DNA of 63,007 nucleotides, filler included, from Choristocarpus tenellus KU-1152 (GCA_964200185.2; 9 parts of 9 records of this genome joined end to end with filler, not necessarily neighbours in it); one strand, 5' to 3'. Shown: positions 38,768 to 51,736, numbered from the whole stretch's first letter. Numbers and translations are program-made. The notes: generated from the letters alone by a model not told the origin.

Positions 38768-39010
38768 GGCTCAAAGTATCTGGGAGGGGGTGCCGACTGT
38801 CCATTTGGGGTCAATTTTTTCATGTCGCGATTTNNNNNNNNNNNNNNNNNNNNNNNNNNNNNNNNNNNNNNNNNNNNTTAATTAATTAANNNNNNNNNNN
38901 NNNNNNNNNNNNNNNNNNNNNNNNNNNNNNNNNATTTAAAACCCGTGGGAAGCCAAGCCCCAAATGGACAAACAGGGCAAAAATCGTACCCTCTAAGATA
39001 ATTTCACTCA
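38768..39010. mobile_element. MITE A fragment (38768-38833) and MITE B fragment (38934-39010) at contig ends
   Basis: GGCTCAAAGTATCTGGG...; ...CGTACCCTCTAAGATAATTTCACTCA. Confidence 0.75.
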
Positions 39011-39582
39011 CAACTAGTGCAACCAAATGAAAAAAAACATTGACGGATCATGTGTTGCTTGGTGAAGTGGGCTCCCTCACGTCAGAAATAAGCCTCCTAC
39101 TGAAAGTCATATATACATACCATTGATAGAGAGCAGTGAGTGAGAGGGATATTTCAGTGAAAGCAGGAACAGATATTATACAATATATCTCATTCCCCCC
39201 CATGCTTGGCGATTGGGATCAGCCCATCTGTGCAGAATTGGTGCTATAGGGTGTAGTGCCACGGAATCACAACTTACACTGCACAACTATTTTTGAGAAC
39301 TGGGAAGGAAGAAAGTCGTGACTGCCAGGTACACCAACTACTTGGAGGAACCTTTGACATGGAAACAGATGGGTGTCATCCAAAACGTAGACAACATAAC
39401 TGGAGGCTTACGTCCCGAGTTTTGCCCCAAGCACAACGTGAAAGTACCACCACATCACGACACAAGCTGCACAGCCCAAAGCTTGGAAGTGCTTAATTGA
39501 GTCTAACATGAAATTTGAGTCGTAACAGTAAGTAATCACAAGAATATATTTGGACGCCCCTCCCTTTTCTTGCATCTATCAC

Positions 39583-40382
39583 CTGTAAGGCCAAGAACTC
39601 CGACTCGGGTAGAAAGTCAGGACTGGTGTAGTAGAGTGGCTGCTCGGCCCGACAGGAAATGTATGTTCTTGGGCCCATCAACATCTGAACCGCATACTTA
39701 CACGAAACCAGTAAAACGGCCACAACTACCACCTGCCATCGGCCTGCCCATACATTTGCCGTGTATGGGACAGGGAGGGGGGGGAAGCAGTAAGCACCAA
39801 ACGTTGCAGAAAAAAGTCAACTAGGGAGATTAAGAGGAGCTATTCCTACGATTGTGCGCCCTCCTACAGTAGTTGGCATTATCATTAATAGAATATTTTC
39901 GCGTAGCAAGTAGAGATGATGTAGGTATTACTGTGAATGGGCAGGCGAGTCAAACAGCACTACAGATTGAGTCTTAGATCACCTTCTTTCTCGTGGAACA
40001 CGGAAGCGAAAGGACGTCAATTTAAGCACAAAATAGGTATATGCAATAAGGAAAGTACATTTTCTATCTTCTGCGTCAATTATACCAACCCCTATTACAC
40101 AAGAGTACTCGGGCACGTTAGTACTCGGGCACCTTTGGTGGGGGAAGTGATGTCGTGATACGAAACGTTTGAAGGTGTAGGCAACAGGAAGGTGAAAAAA
40201 TGCAATAAAAGTACTCTAGTAGATGCATGAGGATCAATGTCTCGCTATTGTATCACGGAACCCCGAAAGGTCCTCGCACCAGAAGGAGGTTCAGGAATGT
40301 CCTTGCTGCTGGAACCTTGTGTTGTCGACGTGTGTGCTGCTGGAGGAGTCCGCGCTTGCTTTCGTCTCTTTAGGACACCCAT
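39583..40382 (-). CDS. Possible 5' exons of an unknown type II membrane protein
   Basis: ATG at 40382 (MGVLKRRKQARTPPAAH...) in CpG-rich DNA; clean 150-nt CAG|...|GT exon 39732-39583 (VVVVAVLLVSCKYAVQML...YYTSPDFLPESEFLALQ); exon linkage uncertain. Confidence 0.35.
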
Positions 40383-41097
40383 TTTTCCAGGGCATATAGA
40401 CTCCACTGGACAACACAGATTGTTGAACTCCTTCCACTATGCAGGTAGAGACAGCAACTCATCACCGTAGATGCGTAAATGTCAATTCGTCGAGTCTGCA
40501 ACCCAATCAATAATTACAATGTGTCAATGCACACTCGAATGTTCTTGTTTTGAAAACAAATCGTTCATACTGTTCACAAGCACCTCAGAACCTTGTCAAA
40601 GAAAATAGATTCTAACATTAACTTCGCGGGATCGAACACCATCGACACCAGACTATATTTTATGATATCTTGTCTTAACTATCTTGTCCATACCAACGTC
40701 AGGCGCGAAGTTACAGATTGCATCACTTAACTGTCACGTCCAATGTAACAAGCGAAACACTCGAAACTAATTACGGAATGCATAAAGCATAACCTTATAA
40801 CTTCGACAAAGCAGTACTAGTTGTCATGATTTTATATTATTTTGCCCTCTAACATTTTCCAGACGTGGGAGGTGTAATGAAAACTGTTCATATATGTCTG
40901 AAAAATCCCCCAAAAAAGAAAGAAGCAAGAGTTGTCACAAAAGAGAAAAATGACAAGTCTATTTCCTATTTCGCTACTATGTTGTACTACTACTGCCTTC
41001 CTCTGTCTCAAACCATTCCTGCACCCCAGGGTGAGGAGGTACTTGTCATGATCGTATTGATAAATGTTTTTCACTGTAGTGTGAAGTCTGAGGGTTG

Positions 41098-41500
41098 TGT
41101 TACAGATGAATAGCGCCGCACTTTAACCGGCGCGAGCAGTGTACGCGCGTGGGGAACCCCCAAAGGGGGAACTCCGATTTGCTAAAAAGTTGCAGAATAA
41201 AGTCTGTAACTTGATAAAGTCGCAAGGGTTCTCAGATATATTCCAATATCTGCAAACCAAAGAAGTCCCAAGGATAAATGATGATAAGAGATCCTAAAAA
41301 CAGCTCCAAACAGTTCAGTTCTTCTGACCTAGAGACCCCACCTATTGCACTCTCTTACTGATGATATCGAAAACATACATATTTCTTACGCTGCTTGATT
41401 CACTTGAGAGTACCCCTGTTCTGCTGAGCTGACATTCGTTAATCTGTGAATTGGAGTTACCCATCCTGTGGAGGTAACTTTCTGGAGCGTGCCTGTAACA
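41098..41500 (-). mobile_element. Solo-LTR-like element, subfamily 2 (about 400 bp)
   Basis: Minus strand reads TGTTACAGGCACGCTCCAG...GCGCTATTCATCTGTAACA. Confidence 0.7.
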
Positions 41501-42823
41501 GTTATTCCAACTAGTGGTCAGAGGAACTACAATATAAAAATTATATGAATCGAGGATTCCTGACAAGGAAACCTCAATTAGTATAACGATATATATCTTA
41601 CAGCAATAACGGTTTAACAACAGACAAACTTGCTTTCCACAACAGTTTCTGCAGTATTCCTCATACAGGCACTATTATTGCTAACTTTACTACTGACTAG
41701 CTGGCTCCGTTCCTGTCTTGCTTTTCAAACATTGTGTTATTCATTCCTGGCACCCATCGCTCTGTCTCCCTCCTCGAATGTTGTCCTGGACCCGTCATAT
41801 CTATCCCTACACACCCAAAAACACTGAACCAAGAACGAGATGACAAGGCTTAGTTGCCAACTGTTGCCGAGGTGGTCTCAGGTCAAGATTTGAGGGAGGA
41901 GGTGGAGAGAGGGAAAAGCAGTGGGATCACTGAATCTAATACGTTAAAAGCCAGTCATGAACAGAGAGCCAAAGTAAGCGAGAGGTGCTCAGATTTTGGT
42001 CGATTTGCATTTTAAGTCTGGTTCTCAATCTTTTGTAATTCACCCATGTTTCTATGAAGTTCTAAGTTTGACTTGAGAGGGGGTTTTTCTCCTTTTTTTT
42101 AACCTTTCCAGGACAATTCAAAAAATAACTTGAACACATTCGAAAAAAAAAAACAGTTCATACTTGTCAGTATCCTTATAAATCAACTCTCGTACCCCTC
42201 GTTTACTCTGACTCAGAACCAATACAATAAGTCTTGGTGCAAGAGTCGGTTACAATAGTAGTTAGTATGAGAAGTAGTGAGGCTGTTGTGCCTCTGATCG
42301 GGATCGAGATAGTGCCTATACTAAAGTTAAGATAATATCATTTTGAATGCAACATAATGTATGCTAAAAAATGCAGTCTTCAGAGTATATCTGTTTGTTT
42401 GAATCTTCAATTGACCTCATGTGTCTGTTCGCTTGTGAACTCGTACAATGATAACTATTTAAAATAGTAGGGAGGTTTAGGGCATGGGGTAGTTTGTAGG
42501 GATTGTGGAATTGAATTTTGAAAGCGAAAAAGATCTGTAAAATTGATGTTGATCGACAAAAATTACAACACAGCGACAATAGGGTCCGCTCTGTGTATTT
42601 GCATTGCATACAAAAAAGAAAGGGTCTTCAATACACCAACAGACAGTGATAGTTAAAGAATATTCAAAATATACGAAACCAAGTCCATGCACACTAGGAA
42701 CCTATGAAAATTGCATTTTAATTGATGCAAAACTTATGACACAAAACAGTTGAAACTACTCCTCCTAGACTGGGCACTATGAAGATGGTCTAGAAAGAAG
42801 AGAAGAATCCTGTGAGTCGGTCA

Positions 42824-43082
42824 AGAGTGAAAGTATCTTAGAGGGTACGATTTCTGCCCTGTTTGTCCATATGGGACTTGGCTTTCCACAGGTGTTTTAT
42901 GACTTTTTCCTACTCCGATATGTTTCGGAGTAGGTAAAACTTGCACGTGATGAAAAGGTGTGTCCGGAACAAGGATATTGACACTTCGTCAAAAACATGA
43001 TAGTCAAAATTACACCAAAATCGGAATATTCGAATTTGACCCCGAAATGGACGCAGCTCTACCCTCTAAGATACTTTGGCTC
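42824..43082. mobile_element. MITE family B, complete, TSD TCA
   Basis: TCA|AGAGTGAAAGTATCTTAGAGGGTA...TACCCTCTAAGATACTTTGGCTC|TCA. Confidence 0.88.
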
Positions 43083-43195
43083 TCAAGCTTCACCTCGTTC
43101 ACTGGATGTTGTCTCTGAAGCACAGATAATGCTTCTTAAAATTTCCACCTGACTTGTGATGAAAACAATCTGTTGCAAGAATGCCTTCACCGCTT

Positions 43196-43244
43196 GACTC
43201 AAAGTATCTGGGAGGGGGTGGCGGCTGTCCATTTGGGGTCAATT
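43196..43244. mobile_element. MITE family A fragment at contig end
   Basis: GACTCAAAGTATCTGGGAGGGG...GTCCATTTGGGG. Confidence 0.75.
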
Positions 43245-43344
43245 NNNNNNNNNNNNNNNNNNNNNNNNNNNNNNNNNNNNNNNNNNNNTTAATTAATTAA
43301 NNNNNNNNNNNNNNNNNNNNNNNNNNNNNNNNNNNNNNNNNNNN

Positions 43345-43883
43345 AAAGTATCTTAGAGCGTAGAGCCGTATCCATTTGGGGGCCAAAATCCAATGTTGCA
43401 ATTTTGATGTAATTTTAGCTATCATGTTTGTTAGGAAGTGTCAATATCCGTGTTCCGCACACACATTTTCATAATGTAAACAATTTACCTACTCCGGAAC
43501 ATCTTGGAGTAGGTAAAATGTCATTAAAAACCCGTGGGAAGCCAAGCCCCAAATGGACAAACAGGGCAGAAATCGTACCCTCTAAGATACTTTGGCACAC
43601 ACCTTTTCATGAAGTATACATTCTACCTACTCCTAAACATTTTGGAGTAGGAAATTGTAATTTAAAAGTCATGGGAAGCCAAGCCTCAAATGGACAAACA
43701 TGGCGAAACCCGTACCTTAAGATACTTTCACTCATCTAAGTTTCGGACACACCTTTTCACAACTTACACGTTTTACCTCCTCCCAAACATTTTGGAGTGG
43801 GAAAATGTCATAAAAAATAACGAGGGAAGCCGAGCCTCATATGGACAAACAGGGCAAAACTCATACCCTCTAAGATACTTTCA
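43345..43883. mobile_element. MITE family B tandem cluster (one near-full copy plus two half copies of about 140 bp)
   Basis: Three successive ...CAAATGGACAAACA...AAGATACTTT ends near 43593, 43728 and 43881. Confidence 0.85.
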
Positions 43884-44502
43884 GAACTTTCTGGGCTCAA
43901 AATCAACCCAAAAGACCCCCTACTGTGACGGCTTGAAGCACCTCGAATTTGTACCTGATGATCCTCGACCCCCACCTTTTCTGAAAGCTGAGATTATCAA
44001 CCCGATTTCATTCTGTGGGTTATCGTCCGAATCGGCACCGTTCTCGCTTGGCGAGCCCAGATGTTTCGCGGCACAAATTTATGGCACAGAGGTAGTATAT
44101 CACCAAGACCATGCAAAGGTGTGTCAGAAAACCAACCGCTTTACATTCCACGCCACACAAGAAAGGAGCACTCAAATGGTCAAGACGTTCCATAGCATCA
44201 TAATCCCAAGTGCCATATCAATTTACTTCTTACTCATGACAAAACACCCACAGCCTCTCTGGCGCATCATACAGGACATGAATTTGCATTCATGACATGA
44301 CCAGCAAACTCTTGCTTCGGTCCGGTGCTTGAGAGAGAAGTGGAACAAATTACCCTCGAGGACTATGGTTCATGATGATGGGCAACACGCTTGTGCCTTT
44401 AACTGCGACTTCTGTGACAATGGAAAAGGATGCGGCTCCGAACAAGTCAGGGTTGCACCCGAGAGCGTTTCAAAGTGATGGACTTCCTCCTGTGAGTAGC
44501 AA

Positions 44503-45031
44503 TGAATGAAAGTATCTTAGAGGGTAAGTGAAAGTATCTTAGAGGGTACGAGGTTTGCCCTATTTGTCCCTTTGGGGCTTGACTTCCCATGAGCTTTTTT
44601 GTAACATTTTCTTACTCCGAAATGTTTGGAGTAGGTAAAGTGTATACGTTATGAAAAAGATGTGTCCAGAACAAGGATATTGAAAATTTCAAACAAACAC
44701 GATAGTCGAAATTACATGAAAGTCGGAACATTGTATTTTTGCCCCCAAACGGACGCGGCTCTACCCAGTAAGATACTTTGACTCATACGAGTTTTGTCCT
44801 GCTTGTCCGTTTGAGGCTTGGCTTCCAATTTTTTTTAATGACATTTTCCTACTCCGAAATCCGAAATAACATTTCGGAGTAGGTGAAATTTATACTTTAC
44901 GAAAAGGCGTGCCCAGAACAAGGATATTGACTCTTCCTAATCAACATGATAGCCAAAATTTCGTCAAAATCGCCACATTGGATTTTGGTCCCCAAACGGA
45001 CGTGACTCCAACCTCTAAGATACTTTGACTC
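44503..45031. mobile_element. MITE family B tandem pair with duplicated left end
   Basis: TGAATGAAAGTATCTTAGAGGG-TAAGTGAAAGTATCTTAGAGGGTA...GATACTTTGACTC (44784), then a second copy ending GATACTTTGACTC (45031). Confidence 0.85.
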
Positions 45032-46059
45032 AATGGTGTAAGGCTACACGAACTTCCAAGATATTATTCACGACAACTACACATACCGAAGTTACCATCT
45101 TCTCCCAGTACCAAGGTGCAAACCAGTTAGCTGTTCTCAATTCGCGTTTACATGCTTATATATACATGTGCAAACTGCACCTGGTGATCATCTATCCCGT
45201 ACAATCTCGCATACACGTCGAGGTGCAAACCAAATGCCACAATGCTTCAAAATCACATTGCCCAAGGTGCGAAAGGATTATCCTGGAGCCCCTTGGTGAA
45301 CAGTCCATGGGTGGTTCAGAAGGAGTTTAGAGATTTTCTTCTTTTGAAAGTACCTGCGAGGCATGCCACTGGAAAGAACAACCCATCAGGAAGTGCCCCT
45401 GCATGATCAACTCCCACAGTATGAAGGGTTGCATGATATTAGTTCGTTAATGCGTACAACCCTGTTGTGGAGGTGGACCTGGAAGGAAAGACCACCGACA
45501 AGATCAAGGTGATGTGTGACCATCTATGGGAAACTCTATAGTGACCTGTCATACAGTCATTCCCACTTCTTTTACAGTGTCTTGGATAAAAGCAATGAAA
45601 TATTACAAAAAAAAGTTAGTATATGTATGTTATGCCACCCACTGACACCGCATACCATCCCTCTATTTACGTGCTGTGCCAAAGGCGCTGTCCTCTCGTC
45701 TAGGCCTCATCAACCCCAACGGAGCGACCAAGGACAAAATGATCAAAGGGTCAAGGCAAAGTATACTGAATTCAGGGCCAAGAATCTTATGACCGATGAC
45801 TTATCCTCGCCACCTTCATGGTTGAGAGTCAACTACTCCGACTTGAGGAGGAGAAGACGATACAGGGTCTACAGGCAAGCATAACAGGAGGCGAAAGGTG
45901 AGTCTGTTGTCGGCGATCAAAGGAATAGTCATCACTTCATGTGTAGCGATGTCTTGGTCCGGCAGGAAAGAACCCCCCTTCCCCTGCGCTCAATAAGCAC
46001 ACAGTTGTAGCACAGCAATATAAAAAAAACCCCAAGGGGTTTACCTATTCGAAAAACAA

Positions 46060-48879
46060 TGTCGAGAAGCTTGGCGCACCTAAGGCTCGTCGCCGGAAGC
46101 TAGCAGTTGAATTATATGGTAAAGAACACACTGAATTATTAACTGCCCATCAACCATCCATCATCACTGACGTGTGGATTAATGTTGACTTATTATATTT
46201 TATATATGTACGTACTCTGAATCATACCTAACCAAATATAAACGTACGTATAACCTATGTTATATACTTGTGTCAGCACAAACAACGTAAGGATAACACT
46301 AGGTTATTCGACATCCTCCCCTTGCTGAAAACAAGTATTAACTCTCAAACAATCATAAAACAAAAAAAATCAAATCAAATCAAACACAAATGTTGTGTCA
46401 CATGTTCATCAAAAACTTCACATGTCGTCTAAAATCTCGAACTGGCAAATTCTTGGTCAAGACATCTGCCCTCTGGTTTGCAGTACCAACAAAAACAACA
46501 CGAATCTCTCCTTTTCTAGACAAATCGCTCAAAAAATGATGTCGGACATCAATGTGCTTTGTTCTAGTAGATCTTGTGGCATTTCGTACTAGTTTGCATG
46601 CACCATCGTTATCCTCAAACAAGTCAATGCAACGCCTAGGAAACTGCGGCTGAATAAACTCAAAAACACTTCTTAAGAAAAGTAATTCCTGTGCCACACT
46701 AATAAGTGCTATGTATTCACTCTCTGTGGAAGACAGAGCTACAACTCTTTGCACCTTTCACATCCAAGATATTGCTCCTCCAGTCACTGACCTACGATTA
46801 TTCCAGTCTCCAGCATAACTAGCATCAGCATACGCACTCAACTCACACTCAGTACTAAAACCACCAAAACTCAATCCAACACTTGGACACATGTTCAAAT
46901 ATGATAAAATACATTTCACTGCACGCCAATGTGTGACTTTGGGATTGCTACTGTACTTGGCAACTTCACGAACTGCATTTGCAATGTCAAGCCTAGTCAT
47001 AACAGATGCTCACATCAAACTACCAACTGCCTCTCTGTACGATGTATTTTCATCTACACTTGGATGATTCTCACTCTTGTCTAAAGCCCTTGAGAGATCA
47101 TGGGGTATCGACCTCTTCTTTGCCCCATCCATACCAAATCTTTGACAAACACTCTTAATGTACCTAGTCTGACTGATGGTAACAGTCTGTGCATTTCTGT
47201 CACGTGAAATCTCACAACCCATATAATACTCAATATCACCAAAGTCTTCTATGGAAAACTGCTCTTTAATCCTAGAGCGAACCCAAATCAAAACATCCAT
47301 TTTACCAGCTACCAAAAGGTCATCTACGTGGGGGGCTATCACAGCACAAACAACGCCATCTTTTACGTAGTGTAACACACAAGGGTCTGCTCTACATTGC
47401 TCAAAACCACACTTTTCCAAAACGTACACCAACAGATTATTGAACTCTCTGCTTGACTGTTTGGTGCCATAAAGTGCTTTTATCATACGTACAATTTTTC
47501 CAGACCATTTTCCACACCCATCACATAAACGAACAAAAATCCCTTCTCTGATGTCAGCTTGTATAAATGCCTGTTTCACATCCCAATGTTTCAATTCCCA
47601 ATCTCTGTCAGCTGCCAAAGCTAAAACCATTCTCAAAGATGCAGGGGACAGTGTTGGTGCAAAGGTATCTTGATAATCTGAACCCTTAATCTATCGAAAA
47701 CCTTTTGCTACCAATCGTGCCTTGTGTCTAACTACCTCACCAAATTTGTTGATTTTACGCTTGTGAATCCATTTCGTGTCTATAGCTCTGCGTCCAGGGG
47801 GTAATACAGCCTCTACCCAAACTTTATTAAACCGAAGTACGACTGATCACCGTACATACCCTGGGATGAAAGGATCTCATCCCAGAAGACAGGAAAAGCA
47901 TGCAGATTCCTATGAATTTAAAGGACTGTGTTATAACTGCGGGAGCAAAGGACACTGGTAAGCTGTAACATAGCCCTTTAAAGGAATCTGCATGCTTTTC
48001 CTGTCTTCTGGGATGAGATCCTTTCATCCCAGGGTATGTACGGTGATCAGTCGTACTTCGACTGCCACCTAGGCTAGCCCTTCTCGTGTTCCACACGGCC
48101 AGAGCGCTCCCAGGCTCTCCGCGGTCTCCTATTTCTCGTTTGAGTGAGAAATAACGCGAACGAGCGGCTTGTTGAATAATAGTGCTCGAACGCTCGGCCT
48201 TGTTATGGTGCTGGAGATAATGTTTTGTAATCTGGTAGTCCTCATCCAAACAATCCAGCATGGCGATTTCTAGGACTTGCTCGGACATCACATGCCCCAT
48301 CATCGCCATCTGGCCAACCAAGTCCAGCATCATAGTGAAGGTGATTTGGGGATCTGATCCCCGAGGCATCTTGACCATCATGACCTTCCCTTGGAGTCTG
48401 GCTATTTCCTCATCTGATTGAATAAGGAAGTGTTCACGTAGCTGTTTCCAGGCTCCTGAAGGTGAGGCAGTATTTCAGACTATACACCAGTAAATTCCCC
48501 TGGTGCTCCTAAGCAGGACGATATATGCCTTCTTGGCCTTGGTGACCTCGTCTTCACTGACATCTTCGCCCTTAATGAATTCGATGTCACCTACTCTGAT
48601 GGGTACCCTCCTATACTCCAGTGCCTCATCAATGTCCCCCTTAGCCCCCCAAAATGCGCGCGTTGTAGTGAACCAGTCCACATAATTGTCATCCGAGAGC
48701 TGGAGGAGTTTCGTGTTGGTCCCATCAGAAGCCATGAGTGGTGCTATGCCAATTCAAAACAAACCAGTCTGGCTTCGCTTCCCCTGGTCAGAGTTTGTGT
48801 TAACCGCTTAAGCGTGTTGAGAAGCTTAGCGCACCTAAGGCTCGTCGCCGGAAGCTAGCAGTTGAATTATATGGTAAAG
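46060..48879 (-). mobile_element. Ty1/copia LTR retrotransposon, internally deleted (gag joined to RT-RNase H), decayed
   Basis: 3' LTR 46060-46313 (TGTCGA...TCGACA); polypurine tract AAGGGGGAGGA at 46314-46324; RNase H VALSSTESEY/FEDN/RTKHIDVRHH; RT DVKQAFIQ/KALYGTKQ/HVDDLL; gag MASDG at 48735; truncated 5' LTR 48815-48879. Confidence 0.95.
47833..48060. repeat. Perfect 79-bp inverted repeat (fold-back) in copia gag
   Basis: 47833-47911 is the exact reverse complement of 47982-48060. Confidence 0.92.
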
Positions 48880-49053
48880 TGTGAATCGTGTGATTCTGTG
48901 GCAGCGTGGTTCACTCAGGCAAGGGTGGCGAAGAGAATCACCGGGCAAGACGGNNNNNNNNNNNNNNNNNNNNNNNNNNNNNNNNNNNNNNNNNNNNTTA
49001 ATTAATTAANNNNNNNNNNNNNNNNNNNNNNNNNNNNNNNNNNNNNNNNNNNN

Positions 49054-49075
49054 CCCCCCCCAGATACTTTGAGCC
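49054..49075. mobile_element. MITE family A terminal fragment (another at 56955-57016)
   Basis: CCCCAGATACTTTGAGCC. Confidence 0.7.
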
Positions 49076-49228
49076 TGAAGGGGTATAACAGTTTCGAGAC
49101 TTGCTGTTGGTGGTGGTCCACTGTAGCGGCGATAATCTCGTCTCTTTTTTTATATACCTTTTTGTTTTATTTTTTCTCATACATATATATATATATTTAA
49201 TTTCTTCTTTTGTTTTTATTTTTTTTAG

Positions 49229-50943
49229 GATGCGTGTAACCGAAAGAGTAACCACCAGCATCTGGGGACAATCCGATCTTCCAACCTGTGCACGGAGATT
49301 GTTGAGTACACTTCCCCTGGAGAGGTGGCTGTTTGTAACCTTGGGAGCGTTGTTCTTCCCAAGTTCATCACTCAGGAAGGGGAGTTCAACCACCACAGTC
49401 TGTATCAAGTGAGCGTGTGTGGTGATGACCAGTGTTGACTTCTGTGTGTGTGTGTGTGTGTGTGTCATTGCTCTGTGGCGCCCTGGGCGTCCCCCGCAGT
49501 TGAAAACCATCACCCGGTAGTGATTGAAGCAGGGTTTGGTGTTTATTTGGCGTTTTGCATGAAACTGTTGATCATAAATGTGAAAATAGTGCCAAGGGTT
49601 GGAGTGTGTAAAATTTAAATAAAAATAATTTAAAAAATCTACGCTGGACGACTTGGGTTTATTTTCCTCAGTTGAAGTTGGAAACTTTGCTGATTTTCCC
49701 CGATGCCCCACCCCACCCGACCCCACCCAAATGCATACATGCATATATATATATATATATTTATATATATATTTATATTACTTGCTGAGCACTGGTGTAC
49801 CGTTCTCTGACGCGCTTTTTTATTTTTGTTATTGCTGATTTTTTTTGTTCAGGTGACCAAGGTCGTAGTTCGAAATTTGAATAAAATCATCGACATCAAC
49901 TACTATCCTGTGCCAGAAGCTAGAAACAGCAATCTCAAGCACCGGCCCCTTGGGGTTGGGGTGCAGGGGCTGGCTGATCTCTTCATTAAGGTGTGTTTTG
50001 CTTTGTGTTTGCTTTGTGTCTGCTTTGGTCCGTAAGAGAACAAAATCCAATTTGTCTATCTGATGCAGCTCCTGCTGCCTTTTGTTTGTGTGTGCCCCCT
50101 CACCCCCCCTCAAACGTGACTTTTTTTTGTCTTGGATTCAGTGTGAATAGATTGAACAGTGTAGACCAGGGGAGTACCTACAGTCGAACAAAACCCTTGA
50201 CAGCTATTGAAAGCTATTGAAAGCTATTGACAGCTATTGACTGACAGCTATTGACAGCTATTGACACTCAAGTTGGCATACCGCTTGTTGAGGCTTGTGA
50301 AGAGACTGTACGCTAGGGGGGATGTGTCACCGCTGTCCAACCCTTACACAAGACATGGTGCTTGTGTTGTAACAGCACCATGTCTTGTTCCATACTGCCT
50401 CGCTTGGAAACAGTGTTGATTACAAGTCAAGTGTTGTGTAGCACAAGTAGGGACTCTGTGAACATGATGACATACCTGTGTCTCCGTGTGATCTCTTAAC
50501 GCTCCTCCCCTCCGATTTGTCACTGAGATGAAACCTATAGATCAAATAATTCATTCCTGTGATGTCAGTATGTGCTTCTCTTTTTTTCTTTTCTTTTTCT
50601 TTTTTTTTGGGGGGGAGGGGGATAAATAGAGCCAGAGCATCTTTGCCGAAGTGCGTGGGATGCGAATTTGTTATATTATATATATATATATATATTATTT
50701 TATTTTTGTAACTTATGTGTAACTGTATGTGTAACTGCCACGTGGCTTGTATCTCTTGGCCAATAGTTGCGTATGCCGTTTGAAAGTGAACGAGCTAGGC
50801 GCTTGAATCGGGACATTTTCGAGACAATGTACTTTGCTGCCATGACTGCCTCCTGCGAGCTGGCAGAGCGGGATGGGCCATACGAGTCCTATGAGAATAG
50901 TCCTCTCTCCAAGGGGAAGTTCCAGTTTGACTTGTGGGGTGAG
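49229..50943 (+). CDS. RNR1: Ribonucleoside-diphosphate reductase large subunit (class Ia), internal exons 49229-49408, 49853-49990, 50767-50943
   Basis: [25 protein letters not shown]...EVAVCNL (catalytic N-x-C-x-E and Cys), [53 protein letters not shown]; all phase-0 GT-AG introns; remainder lies off this contig. Confidence 0.96.
50198..50265 (+). repeat. (TGACAGCTAT)-type 10-bp tandem repeat
   Basis: About six imperfect units. Confidence 0.8.
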
Positions 50944-51451
50944 GTGAGTGGTGTGGGCAACGGGTTTCGACTGCAACAACTAGAGTGTGTTGTGTGAGTG
51001 TGTTGAGCTTGTTTAGGGTTGGGGGGGGGATTATTTTGTTGAATAAGGTTGTCGAGGTTTGTTCCTTTTTGTTGCTGTTGTTGGCTTGTTGTGAGAGGGG
51101 TGGGTGTTACATTCGGTGGGTTTGGATGTCTGTTGGGGGGGGGGGGGGGGGGGGGGGGGGGTCCCCACACCCACACCCACCNNNNNNNNNNGGGGGGGGT
51201 TGTTTTGGGGGGTGGTGGTTTGTGTGGGGGGGGGGGGGGGGGGGGGGGGGTCGATTCCCTCCAACACCCTAACCCTAATTCCTCACTTGAAATTCTGTGT
51301 CCCATGTGGTTGAGGAATTGTGAAGTGTGAATGGTCAACGTGTTGTAGATGTACTTGTGGGTTGGGGTTGGGGTTAGGGTATAGTATGTCAATGTAATTT
51401 GTATTTTGAATGGGAAAGATCTGTCGTCGGAATTGTGAACCAGGAGTGTTC

Positions 51452-51736
51452 CAGGGTACGACTTTTGCCCTGTGTGTCCGTTTGGGGCTTGGCTTCCCAT
51501 CCATGGGGTTTTGTATAACATATAATTGCGTTTTACCTACTCCGAAACATTTTGCAGTAGTGTGAAATTTATATGTTATGAAAAGGTGTGTCCAGAACTA
51601 TTATGGATACTGACAGACACTTCCTAACAAAAATATGGAAGCCGAAATTACATCAAAATCGTAACATTGGATTTTGGTCCCCCCCCGCCCCCCCAAACGG
51701 ATGCGGCTCTACCCTAACCCTAAGATACTTTGACTC
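51452..51736. mobile_element. MITE family B, left end eroded
   Basis: AGGGTACGACTTTTGCCCTG...TAAGATACTTTGACTC. Confidence 0.8.

Noticed and set aside
43345-45031. Regularly recurring AAGATACTTT motifs as a CRISPR-like array
   Set aside because: The intervening sequences are homologous MITE interiors rather than unique spacers; no cas genes.
45440-45900. Exon-like segments (YNPVVEVDLEGKTTDKIK; GLINPNGATKDKMIK)
   Set aside because: Frames are broken by stops and no family is recognisable; at most a pseudogene remnant.
49229-50943. RNR as a marker of an endogenous giant virus
   Set aside because: It has ordinary spliceosomal introns and a eukaryote-type sequence, and there are no dense intronless viral ORFs nearby.
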